Assembly: GCA_002762705.1 (NCBI GenBank)
Contig: PCVE01000021.1
Coordinates: 1 to 45,145 of the forward strand
Length of the DNA: 45,145 nt
Reading direction: 5' to 3'
Source: Candidatus Woesearchaeota archaeon CG11_big_fil_rev_8_21_14_0_20_43_8
Lineage (GTDB): Archaea; Nanobdellota; Nanobdellia; Woesearchaeales; CG08-08-20-14
In this document: positions 33,156-42,646 of the stretch, in pieces
How positions within the stretch are numbered: position 1 is the first letter of the stretch
Layout of the letters: the number at the start of each line of letters is the position of its first letter
Program-made: the position numbers and the translations under genes
The notes under the pieces: generated by a model
Database searches by the model: none
Seen by the model: the letters and a program-made list of their open reading frames with translations, nothing else
Told to the model about the DNA's origin: nothing

Positions 33156-34514
33156 TTAGCAAAAGCAGAGGTTCTTTAGCAACATCTGCCTGAGTTGTTC
33201 TTTGAGATCAAGGTTTGAGAGTTGCCATGTGGCTATCAGCGAGGCAAGCGTTTCATAATTCTGCTTTCCAGTCTCCGACCTGAATACGCCGATTATCTTT
33301 CTGACCATTACTGTTTCCCTAATCGCCTGCTCTGCGAAGTTGTTTGTCGGCTCGACATCAGCTACTTTGACACATGTGAAGCAGTTGTCAATGTTGAAAC
33401 CGATATATTTCACGACCTCAGTCAGATAATCATATCTTGCGTAGTACTCGATGAGCTTCTCGAGTCTGGCAGTCATTCTCATGTATCTGAGCTTGCGCTG
33501 CCTATCAGTTGGATCATCTGCATTGAAGGTCTTTATCTCATCAAAGAACACCATTAGCTTTTCATGCAGATGCCTTCCAGCCACAGTATCACACAATGCT
33601 CCGGATTTCCGGAGTAGATGCGCCCAGCATCTCTGAATCAATACTGTATCCGCAAGGAAATTGTATGCTCGCCAGCAGTCGCATATCACGACTCCAGCAT
33701 AGCTTTCTCCCAATATCTCCAGGAGCACGTTGCTCCCTCTGCTCGGTCGAATGACAAGCAGGACATCATTCGCAGTCCGAAACACCCATGCCCATTGCTT
33801 TATGCCGAGCACCGAGAAACTTGTTTCATCGACATAAACTCGATCTGCTTGTGCGATACGGGATTTGAGTTCTTCGTACTCTTTTTCCGCCGCATCCGCG
33901 ACTCTCTTGATGATCGCGTTGATTGATGCAGGAGTGATCTTGAAGGCAAACCCTGATTCAAGGAAATTCGCTGTCTTCCTGAGCACACCATGAAGAAGGA
34001 ACTTTATGAAGATCACAAGGACCATGATGTTGATGCCGAACTTGCCTTTGAGTGGGGTCTTGTTATGCGGTGGAACAAATGTCAAGCCGCAATCATCACA
34101 TCTCTTTATGTGAATCTCCGTTTCCTTAGTCTCGGGAACGATTGGAACAGGTGTTTCTTCGGTGATGCGTCTGAGCACCTTGTCATCTGAGACATGGCTG
34201 CTGCCGCAGCCAGGGCAATGGTCAGCGTCAATAATCTCTTTGATGACGGGGTTCTGACGGCGATTCGTGCCAAGGTGGCCGTTTGGTGCCCCGCGTCTGG
34301 CACCAATCTTGGCTTTCAGACCAAAAGTGTTTGGCTTGAGATGCGCATGCGCAGAAGAAGGAGTGTTTGAATTCTTGTATTTCTTGAGTTCTTTTTCGAG
34401 CCGTTTCTTTTCTTCTTCTAGTTTATCTTTCTCTTTGAGCAGTTCAATATAATCCTTGATAATCTTTTTCTTCGATTTCTCTTTCAGTCCATTTTCAACG
34501 GTGTGATATTTCAT
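33156..34514 (-). CDS. IS66-family DDE transposase
   Basis: 452 aa. N-terminal coiled coil/leucine zipper, CxxC...CxxC zinc finger, VYVDETS, VVICDCWRAY, the CWAHLLR motif and EPTNNFAEQAIR. The stop codon lies inside the left IR. Confidence 0.85.
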   Translation of the reverse strand: MKYHTVENGLKEKSKKKIIKDYIELLKEKDKLEEEKKRLEKELKKYKNSNTPSSAHAHLKPNTFGLKAKIGARRGAPNGHLGTNRRQNPVIKEIIDADHCPGCGSSHVSDDKVLRRITEETPVPIVPETKETEIHIKRCDDCGLTFVPPHNKTPLKGKFGINIMVLVIFIKFLLHGVLRKTANFLESGFAFKITPASINAIIKRVADAAEKEYEELKSRIAQADRVYVDETSFSVLGIKQWAWVFRTANDVLLVIRPSRGSNVLLEILGESYAGVVICDCWRAYNFLADTVLIQRCWAHLLRKSGALCDTVAGRHLHEKLMVFFDEIKTFNADDPTDRQRKLRYMRMTARLEKLIEYYARYDYLTEVVKYIGFNIDNCFTCVKVADVEPTNNFAEQAIRETVMVRKIIGVFRSETGKQNYETLASLIATWQLSNLDLKEQLRQMLLKNLCFC

Positions 34515-34651
34515 TGTTCAACCAGAACGATCTTCACTTTCTTGCCAATCCATTCAACAGGTACATAGACGCGGCCACTGTTTCCGCTTTTGTTGACTCT
34601 CTTCTCAAGCATCTCATAGCCAGTCAGTTGAATCGTTGTCTCTTTTGCCAT
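34511..34651 (-). CDS. small transposon-encoded protein (46 aa, AbrB/SpoVT-like motif)
   Basis: Not in the track. MAKETTIQLTGYEMLEKRVNKSGNSGRVYVPVEWIGKKVKIVLVEQ overlaps the transposase start by ATGA. The GNSGRVYVPxxWxGKKV motif resembles small ORFs seen with archaeal IS elements (recollection only). Confidence 0.55.
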   Translation of the reverse strand: MAKETTIQLTGYEMLEKRVNKSGNSGRVYVPVEWIGKKVKIVLVEQ

Positions 34652-34741
34652 TAGCTACAAAATAGCTAACAAACTATATTAAGATTTCACTTCTGGAGAC
34701 CATAAATCACAGAAAATCTCAGAAATCAGCTAAACAAATAC

Positions 34742-34959
34742 ACAAAAATTTGTTCAGTAGATGCATATGCAGATATTTTCTGTACAAGAAAATTTTGCTA
34801 ACGCAAAATATGCTTTAAACAAGCAAATTTTCTGTGTATTGCAACCATATTGCAATGCAGAGAAACCAATGGTTTCTCGTGTAGATAAAGTGCACACTTT
34901 ATCTACCACAGGAAATATATTTAGTATTTTTTCGTATTAAACCGGCAAGTCCTCAATAA
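34742..34959 (+). repeat. R1 mosaic repeat, copy C (218 bp, IS-interrupted at its 5' tip)
   Basis: ACAAAAATTTGTTCAGTAGATGCAT ... ATTAAACCGGCAAGTCCTCAATAA. The interior has hairpins ATTTTCT/AGAAAAT, ATTTTGC/GCAAAAT, GAGAAACCA/TGGTTTCTC and GTAGATAAAGTG/CACTTTATCTAC. Confidence 0.55.
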
Positions 34960-35368
34960 AATTTCATTGCTTTCCGAGCATAATCAATTACATATAGAAA
35001 TAGAAATTAAAAATTTGAGCATGAAGAATTGATGTGATCTTTTTTCTAATTAATCGACAATAAGAATCATTGAATCAAAATTTGGATTCAAATATTGATA
35101 AACTGCTGTTGCAAAGAAGAGAACGAAGAAACCCACTTAGAGACCTGTTTTTCAGAGGAAAGCAGCAATAAAACACAATTTCCAAAACATTTATAAAGGA
35201 ATGCTATTTCCACATAGCAATCCAAGTACTTGAAACAAAATATCAAGTACGAGAACGAAAAACACTGCCTGAAAAGGGCATCCAAACCGTCCTTCATGGA
35301 TGTTCAACAAAAGGTGGCTTCGAGGACAGATACGTTCTGGAAGAATAATTAATAAACTAGGAGATATA

Positions 35369-36361
35369 ATGCCAAAAAAACATAATCCAAGGAGAGGAAG
35401 CTTACAGTTCTGGCCTAGATGCAGAGCCAAAAGCGAAAGTGTCAGGATAAGGAATTTTGTTGGTTCTAAAGACGCAGGTCTTCTTGGTTTCGCCGGTTAC
35501 AAAGTCGGCATGACTCATCTGATAATCACAGACAACAGGACAAAAGCGACCACAAAGGGCGAAGAGATTTTCTGCCCGGGTACAATTATCGAATGTCCCC
35601 CATTAAGGATTTCAAGTATCAGATTCTACAAAAAAGATGTATATGGAAAGAAATTATTCTCAGAGGTCATGAATCCAAAGCTTGAGAAAGAGGTCGCAAA
35701 GACTCTTCCGATTCCAAAGAAAGCAGGAAAGAAGCTTGAAGATATCAAACTTGAAGATATAGATGAAATAAGAGTAAATGTATATACACAGCCAAAGAAA
35801 CTTTGCACTGGGAAGAAGAAACCAGAAGTCTTTGAGATTGCTCTTGGTGGCACTAAAGAAGATCAACTCAATTTCGTAAAGGAGAATCTTCCAAAAGAGA
35901 TTCCAGTGAGTTCTGTCTTGAAAGAAGGCAGCCAATATGATGCACATTCAGTCACAAAGGGCAAAGGATTCCAGGGAGCGACCAAAAGATTTGGACTCAT
36001 GTTGAAAAATCATAAATCTGAAAAGAAAAAAAGAGCACCAGGAAACCTTGGACCATGGCATCCGGCAAAAATTTCATTCAGAGTGCCTCAACCAGGTCAG
36101 ATGGGTTATCATACCAGGACTGAATATAATAAATGGCTTCTAAAAATCTCGAATAATCCAACAGAGATTAACAAAGACAGTGGTTTCAAAAGATATGGCA
36201 TCGTCAAGAATGATTATATCATTGTCAAAGGATCAGTTGGCGGACCTTCAAAGAGACTTATAAAATTCACAATCGCTCAAAGACCAAACAAACAGATACC
36301 AGGAGAAGTTCCTGCGATAGAATATATAGATATAAGGACCAAGGATCAAAATGAAAATTAA
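35369..36361 (+). CDS. rpl3: 50S ribosomal protein L3 (uL3)
   Basis: MPKKHNPRRGSLQFWPR... with AGGAG upstream of ATG 35369. First gene of the conserved L3-L4-L23-L2-S19-L22-S3-L29 order. Confidence 0.95.
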   Translation: MPKKHNPRRGSLQFWPRCRAKSESVRIRNFVGSKDAGLLGFAGYKVGMTHLIITDNRTKATTKGEEIFCPGTIIECPPLRISSIRFYKKDVYGKKLFSEVMNPKLEKEVAKTLPIPKKAGKKLEDIKLEDIDEIRVNVYTQPKKLCTGKKKPEVFEIALGGTKEDQLNFVKENLPKEIPVSSVLKEGSQYDAHSVTKGKGFQGATKRFGLMLKNHKSEKKKRAPGNLGPWHPAKISFRVPQPGQMGYHTRTEYNKWLLKISNNPTEINKDSGFKRYGIVKNDYIIVKGSVGGPSKRLIKFTIAQRPNKQIPGEVPAIEYIDIRTKDQNEN

Positions 36362-37166
36362 AAAACTCACACTTGATAATATTGACATAGGTCAAGTCAC
36401 TCTGCCAGAACAGTTTACTGAGCAGATCAGACCAGATTTAATCAAGAGAGCTGTGCTTGCTATCCAGGCAAACAAAAGACAAGCATATGGTTCTGATGTC
36501 GATTCAGGTATGAAACATTCCTCTTATATATCACGAAGAAGAAGAAAATACAGGGGTAGCTATGGTCTAGGCATAGCAAGAGTGCCTAGGAAAATACATT
36601 CGAGAAGTGGCACAAGGATGAATTGGACCGCCGCAGGTGTCCCAAATGTAGTCGGTGGAAGGCCAGGACATCCACCACAGATAAATAAAGTCTGGGAACA
36701 AAAGATTAACCAAACAGAAAAAAGGATGGCTATACGATCAGCTATCGCAGCCACCATTGTAAACGATACGGTTAAATCTCGTGGTCATAGGATCCCGAAG
36801 GGATATCCATTCATAATTGAAGATAAAGCAGAAGATCTAAAGAGCACAAAAGCCATCGTAATTGTCTTGAATAAACTTGGTTTGACAGAAGAACTTGATA
36901 GAGTCTCTGAAGCAAAAGAGAGACCAGGAAAAGGCAAGATGAGAGGTAGAAGATTCAGAAAGAAATCTGGCCCGCTCTTAGTAGTATCAAAATCATGCCC
37001 ATTAAGCAAGGGTGCGCGAAATATTCCAGGTGTTGAGATTGCGATTGTCGACAAACTCAATACTGAGATGCTTGCTCCAGGAACAGTACCAGGAAGATTG
37101 ACGATTTGGACCGAAGGAGCCATACAAAGACTTGAAAAAGAAAAACTGTTTTGCAAGAGGAAATAA
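36351..37166 (+). CDS. rpl4: 50S ribosomal protein L4 (uL4)
   Basis: QAYGSDVDSGMKHSSYISRRRRKYRGSYGLGIARVPR, plus operon position. Confidence 0.95.
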   Translation: MKIKKLTLDNIDIGQVTLPEQFTEQIRPDLIKRAVLAIQANKRQAYGSDVDSGMKHSSYISRRRRKYRGSYGLGIARVPRKIHSRSGTRMNWTAAGVPNVVGGRPGHPPQINKVWEQKINQTEKRMAIRSAIAATIVNDTVKSRGHRIPKGYPFIIEDKAEDLKSTKAIVIVLNKLGLTEELDRVSEAKERPGKGKMRGRRFRKKSGPLLVVSKSCPLSKGARNIPGVEIAIVDKLNTEMLAPGTVPGRLTIWTEGAIQRLEKEKLFCKRK

Positions 37167-37168
37167 AA

Positions 37169-37429
37169 ATGAACACATATCAGACAGTGAAATTTCCACT
37201 ATCGACGGAAAAAGCCGTCAGAGTGATGCAAGCAGAAAATAAACTCATATTTGTTGTAGATAAAAAAGCCAACAAAATCGAGATAAGAAAGGCTGTTGAA
37301 GAGATATTCAAAGTGAAAGTTGTAAAAATCAACACTTTGATTGATAGAGATGGCAACAAAAGAGCATATGTCAAATTTTCAGCAGACCATCCTGCGATTG
37401 ATATAACAACAAAATTAGGATTGATGTAA
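37169..37429 (+). CDS. rpl23: 50S ribosomal protein L23 (uL23)
   Basis: LSTEKAVRVMQAENKLIFVVDKKANKIEIRKAVEEIFKVKV. The start is ATG 37169, just after the L4 stop. Confidence 0.9.
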   Translation: MNTYQTVKFPLSTEKAVRVMQAENKLIFVVDKKANKIEIRKAVEEIFKVKVVKINTLIDRDGNKRAYVKFSADHPAIDITTKLGLM

Positions 37430-37441
37430 GGGTTATAAAAA

Positions 37442-38173
37442 ATGGGTAAATCACTGATTCAACAAGCAAGAGGCAAGGGCGGACCAAGATACAGGTCACC
37501 TAGCTTTAGGTTCGAAGGCGAGGTCAAATATGTACAATTGAAGCAAGACCTTGCACAAGGAAAAATTGTTGATATAGTACACTGCCCAGGTCATTCCTCA
37601 CCATTGATGCGTGTCAAATATGACAAGAAAGAAGCATTGCTTATCGCTCCGGAAGGTATCAAACTTGGTGCGATGGTCCAATATGGTCCACAAGCCACTA
37701 TCGAGACAGGGAATGTCTTACCTCTTGAAAATATCCCGGAAGGAACTCCGATTTATAATATAGAGAATAATCCTGGAGATGGCGGTAAATTTGTCCGTGC
37801 ATCAGGAACTTTTGGAAGAGTGACAAACAAACAAAAAAACAAGATTTTAGTGATGCTTCCATCAAAGAAAGAAAAAGCATTCAAACCAAGTTGCTTTGCG
37901 ACTGTCGGCATTTGTGCTGGTGGAAACAGGCTCGATAAACCACTTATCAAAGCAGGAAATTCATTTTACAAATTCAGGAAAAAGAACAAGCTCTGGCACA
38001 GCTGCAGAGGTCTTGCACAGAACGCAGTAGACCACCCATATGGCTGTAAGAGATCAAGCAGGAAAGGTAAACCAAATGTGGCTCCTCATAATGCCCCACC
38101 TGGAAGGATGGTCGGAAAGATCAGACCAAGACGAACAGGAAGGAAACAGGGAACCAGGAAGAGGGAAAATTAA
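37442..38173 (+). CDS. rpl2: 50S ribosomal protein L2 (uL2)
   Basis: GRVTNKQ..., MLPSKKEK, NAVDHPYG and a basic C-terminus. Confidence 0.95.
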   Translation: MGKSLIQQARGKGGPRYRSPSFRFEGEVKYVQLKQDLAQGKIVDIVHCPGHSSPLMRVKYDKKEALLIAPEGIKLGAMVQYGPQATIETGNVLPLENIPEGTPIYNIENNPGDGGKFVRASGTFGRVTNKQKNKILVMLPSKKEKAFKPSCFATVGICAGGNRLDKPLIKAGNSFYKFRKKNKLWHSCRGLAQNAVDHPYGCKRSSRKGKPNVAPHNAPPGRMVGKIRPRRTGRKQGTRKREN

Positions 38174-38175
38174 CG

Positions 38176-38559
38176 ATGGCTAAAAAAATATTCACTTATC
38201 GCGGTAAGACGCTCGAGGAACTCCAATCTATGGGGCTGAACGAGCTTTCACAGCTATTGACTAGTGATGCTAGAAGAGTCATCAAACGTGGATTCACAGA
38301 TGCTGAAAAAAAGCTTCTGAAAAATATCAGAGCTGAAAAGAGAAACATAGAGACACATTGTAGAGATATGTTGATACTTCCTGAGATGGTCGGGATGAGC
38401 ATCAAAGTATATTCAGGAAAGGTTTTTGTGCCTGTCCTAATAGATATAGAGATGATCGGACACCGTCTGGGAGAATTTGTGCTTACAAGAAACAGAGTTG
38501 CGCATAGTGCACCTGGAGTCGGCGCAACAAGATCAAGTTCAGCATTATCAGTGAGGTAA
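38176..38559 (+). CDS. rps19: 30S ribosomal protein S19 (uS19)
   Basis: HCRDMLILPEMVGMSIKVYSGKVFVPVLIDIEMIGHRLGEF. Confidence 0.95.
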   Translation: MAKKIFTYRGKTLEELQSMGLNELSQLLTSDARRVIKRGFTDAEKKLLKNIRAEKRNIETHCRDMLILPEMVGMSIKVYSGKVFVPVLIDIEMIGHRLGEFVLTRNRVAHSAPGVGATRSSSALSVR

Positions 38560-38561
38560 AA

Positions 38562-39125
38562 ATGGTAGGACACGGCTATTCAGCACAGTATGACCCGGAA
38601 AAGCAGGCACGGGCAATCGGTGTAGACTTGAATATATCAGTCAAACATGCAGTGAATGTTTGTAATATGATAAGATCAAGAGCACTGGCTCAGGCAAAGA
38701 CCATGCTTGAAGAAGTCATCGCTGAAAAACGAGTAGTCCCATATAGACGTTATAAAAAAGATCTTGCACATAAAAAAGGCAATATGACTGCAGGAAGGAC
38801 ACCAGTCAAGACAACAAAAGAGATACTCATGATCATAAAATCTGCAGAAGCAAATGCGATCAACAAAGGGTTCAATGCCTCTTCGCTGGTCATCAGCCAC
38901 ATAAGCGTCCAGAAAGCAGCGAACCAGTGGCATTACGGTAGAAGCAGAGGAAGAGTCATGAAAAGAGCACATCTTGAAATCGTGCTTGAAGAAGCCAGCA
39001 AAAAAGCAGATGATAAAGATGTAAAGAAAAAGACTCCTGCGAATGACAAACCTGAAGTCAAAAAAGCTGATACTGAGAAAAAGAATGATAATAAACCAAA
39101 CAAGACCGGTGATGATAAAAAATGA
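38562..39125 (+). CDS. rpl22: 50S ribosomal protein L22 (uL22) with Lys-rich C-terminal extension
   Basis: uL22 core (ARAIGVDLNISVKHAVNVCNMIR...) followed by a tail of about 45 aa (KKADDKDVKKKTPANDKPEVKKADTEKKNDNKPNKTGDDKK). Confidence 0.9.
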   Translation: MVGHGYSAQYDPEKQARAIGVDLNISVKHAVNVCNMIRSRALAQAKTMLEEVIAEKRVVPYRRYKKDLAHKKGNMTAGRTPVKTTKEILMIIKSAEANAINKGFNASSLVISHISVQKAANQWHYGRSRGRVMKRAHLEIVLEEASKKADDKDVKKKTPANDKPEVKKADTEKKNDNKPNKTGDDKK

Positions 39126-39892
39126 TTGAAAGGCAATTTGTTGCACAGAAGATCAAGGTTTTCCAGATTGAAGAATATATCTCGAAAACACTAAAAGGTG
39201 TAGGACATAGCCATATCAAAATGCAACGAACACCTCTTGGTGAAAAAATAATCATCTTCGCATCACGGCCGGGCCTTATTGTTGGACGAAAGGGAGCAAA
39301 TATCAAAACGCTTACAAAACAACTCAAAAAAAGATTCAATCTTGAGAATCCGCAGATAGAGATCAGTGAAGTCACAGACATAAATGCAAACGCAAAGATC
39401 GTCGCAGAGAGGATCTCGTCTTCGCTTGAAAGATTCGGATCGAACAGATTCAAAGGAATAATGCATAAGACAATGGATGATTGCCTAAGATCAGGCATCC
39501 TTGGAATCGAGATAATACTTTCAGGAAAGATACCGAGTTCAAGAGCGAGATCTTGGAGAGTCTATGGTGGTTATCTCAAGAAATGCGGTGATATAGCAAT
39601 CTCACAAGTGCAGCTTGCATATTCAACAGCTAATCTGAAAACTGGCTCAATCGGAATAAAAGTCCGGTTGATGACAAAAGATGTCATCCTACCAGACGAT
39701 ATCAAAGTTCTTGAAAAAGAGATTCCAAAGGAAATTGATGAGAAAGCAGAAGAGATGGTCGAAGAGATCGAAGAAGCTCCAGAGACCAAAGAAGAGCCTG
39801 TAGAAGATAAAAAGAAAAAAGCAGCTCCGAAAAAGAAAGAGACAAAAAAAAAAGAGCCTAAAAAAAAGTCAGAAAAAAAGGATGAAAAATGA
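39122..39892 (+). CDS. rps3: 30S ribosomal protein S3 (uS3) with K/E-rich C-terminal extension
   Basis: KH domain (RTPLGEKIIIFASRPGLIVGRKGANIKTL) plus the S3 C-terminal domain. The tail reads EEAPETKEEPVEDKKKKAAPKKKETKKKEPKKKSEKKDEK. Confidence 0.95.
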   Translation: MIERQFVAQKIKVFQIEEYISKTLKGVGHSHIKMQRTPLGEKIIIFASRPGLIVGRKGANIKTLTKQLKKRFNLENPQIEISEVTDINANAKIVAERISSSLERFGSNRFKGIMHKTMDDCLRSGILGIEIILSGKIPSSRARSWRVYGGYLKKCGDIAISQVQLAYSTANLKTGSIGIKVRLMTKDVILPDDIKVLEKEIPKEIDEKAEEMVEEIEEAPETKEEPVEDKKKKAAPKKKETKKKEPKKKSEKKDEK

Positions 39893-40089
39893 AGTCGACA
39901 AAAAAGGATTTGAAAGGACTTGGAATTGAAGCGCTTGATGTAAGGCTCAAAGAAGTATATGGTGAGCTTATGAAAATCAGTGCTCAGACCGCAAGTGGCG
40001 CAAATCCAAAGAATCTTCATGCTATCAAAGATATGAAAAAGACAATCGCAAGAATCAATACCCTGAAAAAAGCAAAAGGGGGATTATAG
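39889..40089 (+). CDS. rpl29: 50S ribosomal protein L29 (uL29)
   Basis: 66-aa helical hairpin protein (LDVRLKEVYGELMKISAQ...) in the operon position after S3. Confidence 0.85.
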   Translation: MKSTKKDLKGLGIEALDVRLKEVYGELMKISAQTASGANPKNLHAIKDMKKTIARINTLKKAKGGL

Positions 40090-40095
40090 ACAAGA

Positions 40096-40404
40096 ATGGC
40101 TGAGATATGTTCAACGTGTGGCTTGCCAAAAGAGCTTTGTGTTTGTGAGACAATAGCAAAGGAATCACAGACAATCATAATCAGCAGCGAGAAAAAAAAA
40201 TTCGGAAAAAAATACACGATTATTGATGGGATCGATAATAAACAAATCGATCTCAAAGAACTCACAAAAAAACTCAAAAGTGTGCTTGCTTGTGGTGGCA
40301 CAGTGAAAGGGACAAGGATCGAACTACAAGGAGATCATAAACAAAGAGTGAGAGAGATTCTCTCAAGCCTTGGGTTCGCTCGTGAGACAATCGAAGTCAA
40401 ATGA
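40096..40404 (+). CDS. translation initiation factor aSUI1 (eIF1 homologue)
   Basis: N-terminal CSTCGLPKELCVC knuckle and SUI1 domain (KKYTIIDGI...LKSVLACGGTVKGTRIELQGDH). Confidence 0.85.
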   Translation: MAEICSTCGLPKELCVCETIAKESQTIIISSEKKKFGKKYTIIDGIDNKQIDLKELTKKLKSVLACGGTVKGTRIELQGDHKQRVREILSSLGFARETIEVK

Positions 40405-40631
40405 ATCAAGATATAATCATCGGCGATGTCGCTTTGGTGATCGACTCCAAGAACTCTTGCGATGTCGGTATCACAGGAAAAATCGTCAATGAGACAAAAA
40501 ATATGATTGAATTCGAATGCAATGGCAGAAAAAAGCTGCTAAAGAACAATATAATAATAAAAATCAAAGAAAAAATCATCAAGGGCGTCGACCTCAAGGG
40601 AAGACCTCATGAAAGGTTGAAGAAATGGTAA
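40401..40631 (+). CDS. rnp1: RNase P protein component 1 (Rpp29/Pop4)
   Basis: 76-aa Sm-like barrel (GITGKIVNETKNMIEF...). It sits in the conserved position between SUI1/L29 and S17. Confidence 0.7.
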   Translation: MNQDIIIGDVALVIDSKNSCDVGITGKIVNETKNMIEFECNGRKKLLKNNIIIKIKEKIIKGVDLKGRPHERLKKW

Positions 40632-41068
40632 AAAAACAAAAAGAAACAAGGAACATTGGCGTGAATGTCAATCCGCCAAAGGAAAGCTGTGATGATAAAC
40701 ATTGCCCTTTCCATGGCAATCTCCCAGTCAGAGGCAGGACTTTCACAGGAGTGGTCGTGCAAAGCAAGACTCCAAAGATGGCTACTGTAGAATGGGAAAG
40801 ACGAGTCATGGTACCAAAATATGAAAGATATAAGAAAAAAAGAACAAAATTAGTCGTTCATAATCCTATGTGTATCAATGCAAAACTTGGTGATATCGTC
40901 AAGATAATCGAATCAAGACCGATCAGCAAGATGAAGAAATTTGTCATCATTGAAAATCTTGGAAAAGAAGAATTGATAGCAGACATACTCGAAGCACGTG
41001 AACATGTAGAATCCAAGAAAAAAGACAAAAAAGAAGAAAATAAAGAAGCGCCAAAAGCTAAAGAGTGA
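40625..41068 (+). CDS. rps17: 30S ribosomal protein S17 (uS17) with K/E-rich tail
   Basis: CDDKHCPFHGNLPVRGRTFTGVVVQSKTPKMATVEW...KIIESRPISKMKKF. The tail reads ESKKKDKKEENKEAPKAKE. Confidence 0.9.
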   Translation: MVKKQKETRNIGVNVNPPKESCDDKHCPFHGNLPVRGRTFTGVVVQSKTPKMATVEWERRVMVPKYERYKKKRTKLVVHNPMCINAKLGDIVKIIESRPISKMKKFVIIENLGKEELIADILEAREHVESKKKDKKEENKEAPKAKE

Positions 41069-41073
41069 TTACT

Positions 41074-41475
41074 ATGCACCCAATCAAGACAAGACCCATG
41101 AAAGCATTGAACGTCGGAACTTATCTAGAGACCTGTGATAATTCCGGTGCTAAAATGATAAAGATAACAGCTGTCAAGGGTCACAAGACTGTCAAAGGCA
41201 GGATACCTGCAGCACGTGTCGGTGATCTTGTGATGGCAGCTGTCAAGAAAGGAAAACCAGACATAAGAAAACAAGTTGTTTTCGCGATCATAGTCAGGCA
41301 AAAAAAGGAATACAAACGACCTGATGGAACCCGTATAAAATTTGAGGATAATGCTGCAGTCGTGCTAAAAGACGATAAAGGTAACCCAAAAGGAACAACC
41401 TTCAAAGGGCCGATCGCAAAGGAAGCGACGGATAGATGGCCAGCTGTGGCTAAGCTCGCAAGCATAATTGTATGA
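41074..41475 (+). CDS. rpl14: 50S ribosomal protein L14 (uL14)
   Basis: ALNVGTYLETCDNSGAK...KGRIPAARVGDLVMAAVKKG. The first ATG is 41074; the track start at 41065 is GTG. Confidence 0.9.
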   Translation: MHPIKTRPMKALNVGTYLETCDNSGAKMIKITAVKGHKTVKGRIPAARVGDLVMAAVKKGKPDIRKQVVFAIIVRQKKEYKRPDGTRIKFEDNAAVVLKDDKGNPKGTTFKGPIAKEATDRWPAVAKLASIIV

Positions 41476-41479
41476 AGTG

Positions 41480-41950
41480 ATGTTAAAAATGGTAAAATCA
41501 GTATTTTCAAAGGCATGGAAATCAAGCAGAAGCCCTGCTAAGCAGAGGAAATATGCTTATAATGCACCAGCACATATAAAGAGAAAGATGCTCAGCTCGG
41601 GACTAGCAAAAGAGCTAAGGACAAAGCACAAGACACGAAGCATGACTGTCCGTAAAGGAGATAAAGTGAAGGTCTTGAGAGGGCAGTTCAAAGGTCACAT
41701 CGGAAAGATCGATAGGACTGATCTCGATTCATGCAAAATATTCGTCATTGGTGCAGAAGTCATAAAAAGAGATGGGACAAAAGCGCTTTATCCATTGCAT
41801 CCATCAAATGTGATAATTGTCGAGCTTGAGATGTCAGATAAGAAAAGATCAAAGATACTTGAACGAAAACTAAATAAAGGAAATATAAAACCCAAGAAGA
41901 TCCAAAAAGATGCTACTGATAAGAAAGTGAAGAATGAGGAAGAAAAATGA
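41480..41950 (+). CDS. rpl24: 50S ribosomal protein L24 (uL24) with Lys-rich tail
   Basis: SPAKQRKYAYNAPAHIKRKMLSSGLAKEL...KGDKVKVLRGQFKGHIGKI (KOW). The start is uncertain: ATG 41480 or 41489, and the track start is TTG 41468. Confidence 0.85.
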   Translation: MLKMVKSVFSKAWKSSRSPAKQRKYAYNAPAHIKRKMLSSGLAKELRTKHKTRSMTVRKGDKVKVLRGQFKGHIGKIDRTDLDSCKIFVIGAEVIKRDGTKALYPLHPSNVIIVELEMSDKKRSKILERKLNKGNIKPKKIQKDATDKKVKNEEEK

Positions 41951-42636
41951 CTAAGAATCACCTGAAAAGACTGATAGTGCCAAAAACCTGGCCTATACAG
42001 AAAAAAGGTCTTGTATTTGTCACCAGACCAGAACTTGGTGCGCATTCACGTGATGTGAGCATACCAATCTCAGTCTTGCTTAGACAGGTCACTGGACACG
42101 CAAAGACCTTAAAAGAAGTCAAATTCATACTTACTAACAAAGGCGTAAAGGTTGATGGCAAAAAAAGGACTAGCTTCAAATATCCAGTCGGCTTCTTCGA
42201 TGTCGTGACATTTGAAGAGATCAAAGAGAACTATAGGATTATATTCGGGAAGAATTGCAAATTGAAAGCGATCAAGATCGATGCAAAAGAAGCAAATATT
42301 AAGCCATGCAAGATCACATCAAAGACAATAATCAAAAAAGGACAGATGCAATTGAATCTTTATGATGGAAAGAACATCTGTGTCAATGATAAGAAATACA
42401 AAGTCGGTGACAGTGTGCTTCTTGATTTTGAGAAGAATGAGATCAAAGATCACCTGCCTCTGCAGAAAGGTATGACTGTCTTCTTCACATCAGGCAAACA
42501 TATGGCCACAGTGGGTAAGATTGAAGATATCGAAGATACAACACTCGTATTCACCGTTGGTGGAAATACATATCGTACAAGAAAAGATTATGCTTTTGTC
42601 ATAGGAAAAGACAAAGCTGCGATCAAACTCGAATGA
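41947..42636 (+). CDS. rps4e: 30S ribosomal protein S4e (eS4)
   Basis: MTKNHLKRLIVPKTWPIQKK..., S4 and KOW-like domains. Operon position after L24. Confidence 0.9.
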   Translation: MTKNHLKRLIVPKTWPIQKKGLVFVTRPELGAHSRDVSIPISVLLRQVTGHAKTLKEVKFILTNKGVKVDGKKRTSFKYPVGFFDVVTFEEIKENYRIIFGKNCKLKAIKIDAKEANIKPCKITSKTIIKKGQMQLNLYDGKNICVNDKKYKVGDSVLLDFEKNEIKDHLPLQKGMTVFFTSGKHMATVGKIEDIEDTTLVFTVGGNTYRTRKDYAFVIGKDKAAIKLE

Positions 42637-42646
42637 AGGAATCAAA

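Larger units (their letters stand above)
33148..34741 (-). mobile_element. IS66-family insertion sequence (1594 bp)
   Basis: 13-bp terminal inverted repeats GTATTTGTTTAGC (33148-33160) / GCTAAACAAATAC (34729-34741). They are flanked by the 8-bp direct repeat ACAAAAAT (33140-33147 and 34742-34749). It carries a transposase and a small upstream ORF. Confidence 0.8.

Noticed and set aside
35088-35430. Track ORFs 35088-35297 and 35191-35430 (minus) upstream of rpl3
   Set aside because: They overlap each other and the rpl3 start, lack motifs, and lie in AT-rich leader sequence that contains only short hairpins (for example GGAATGCTAT/ATAGCAATCC).
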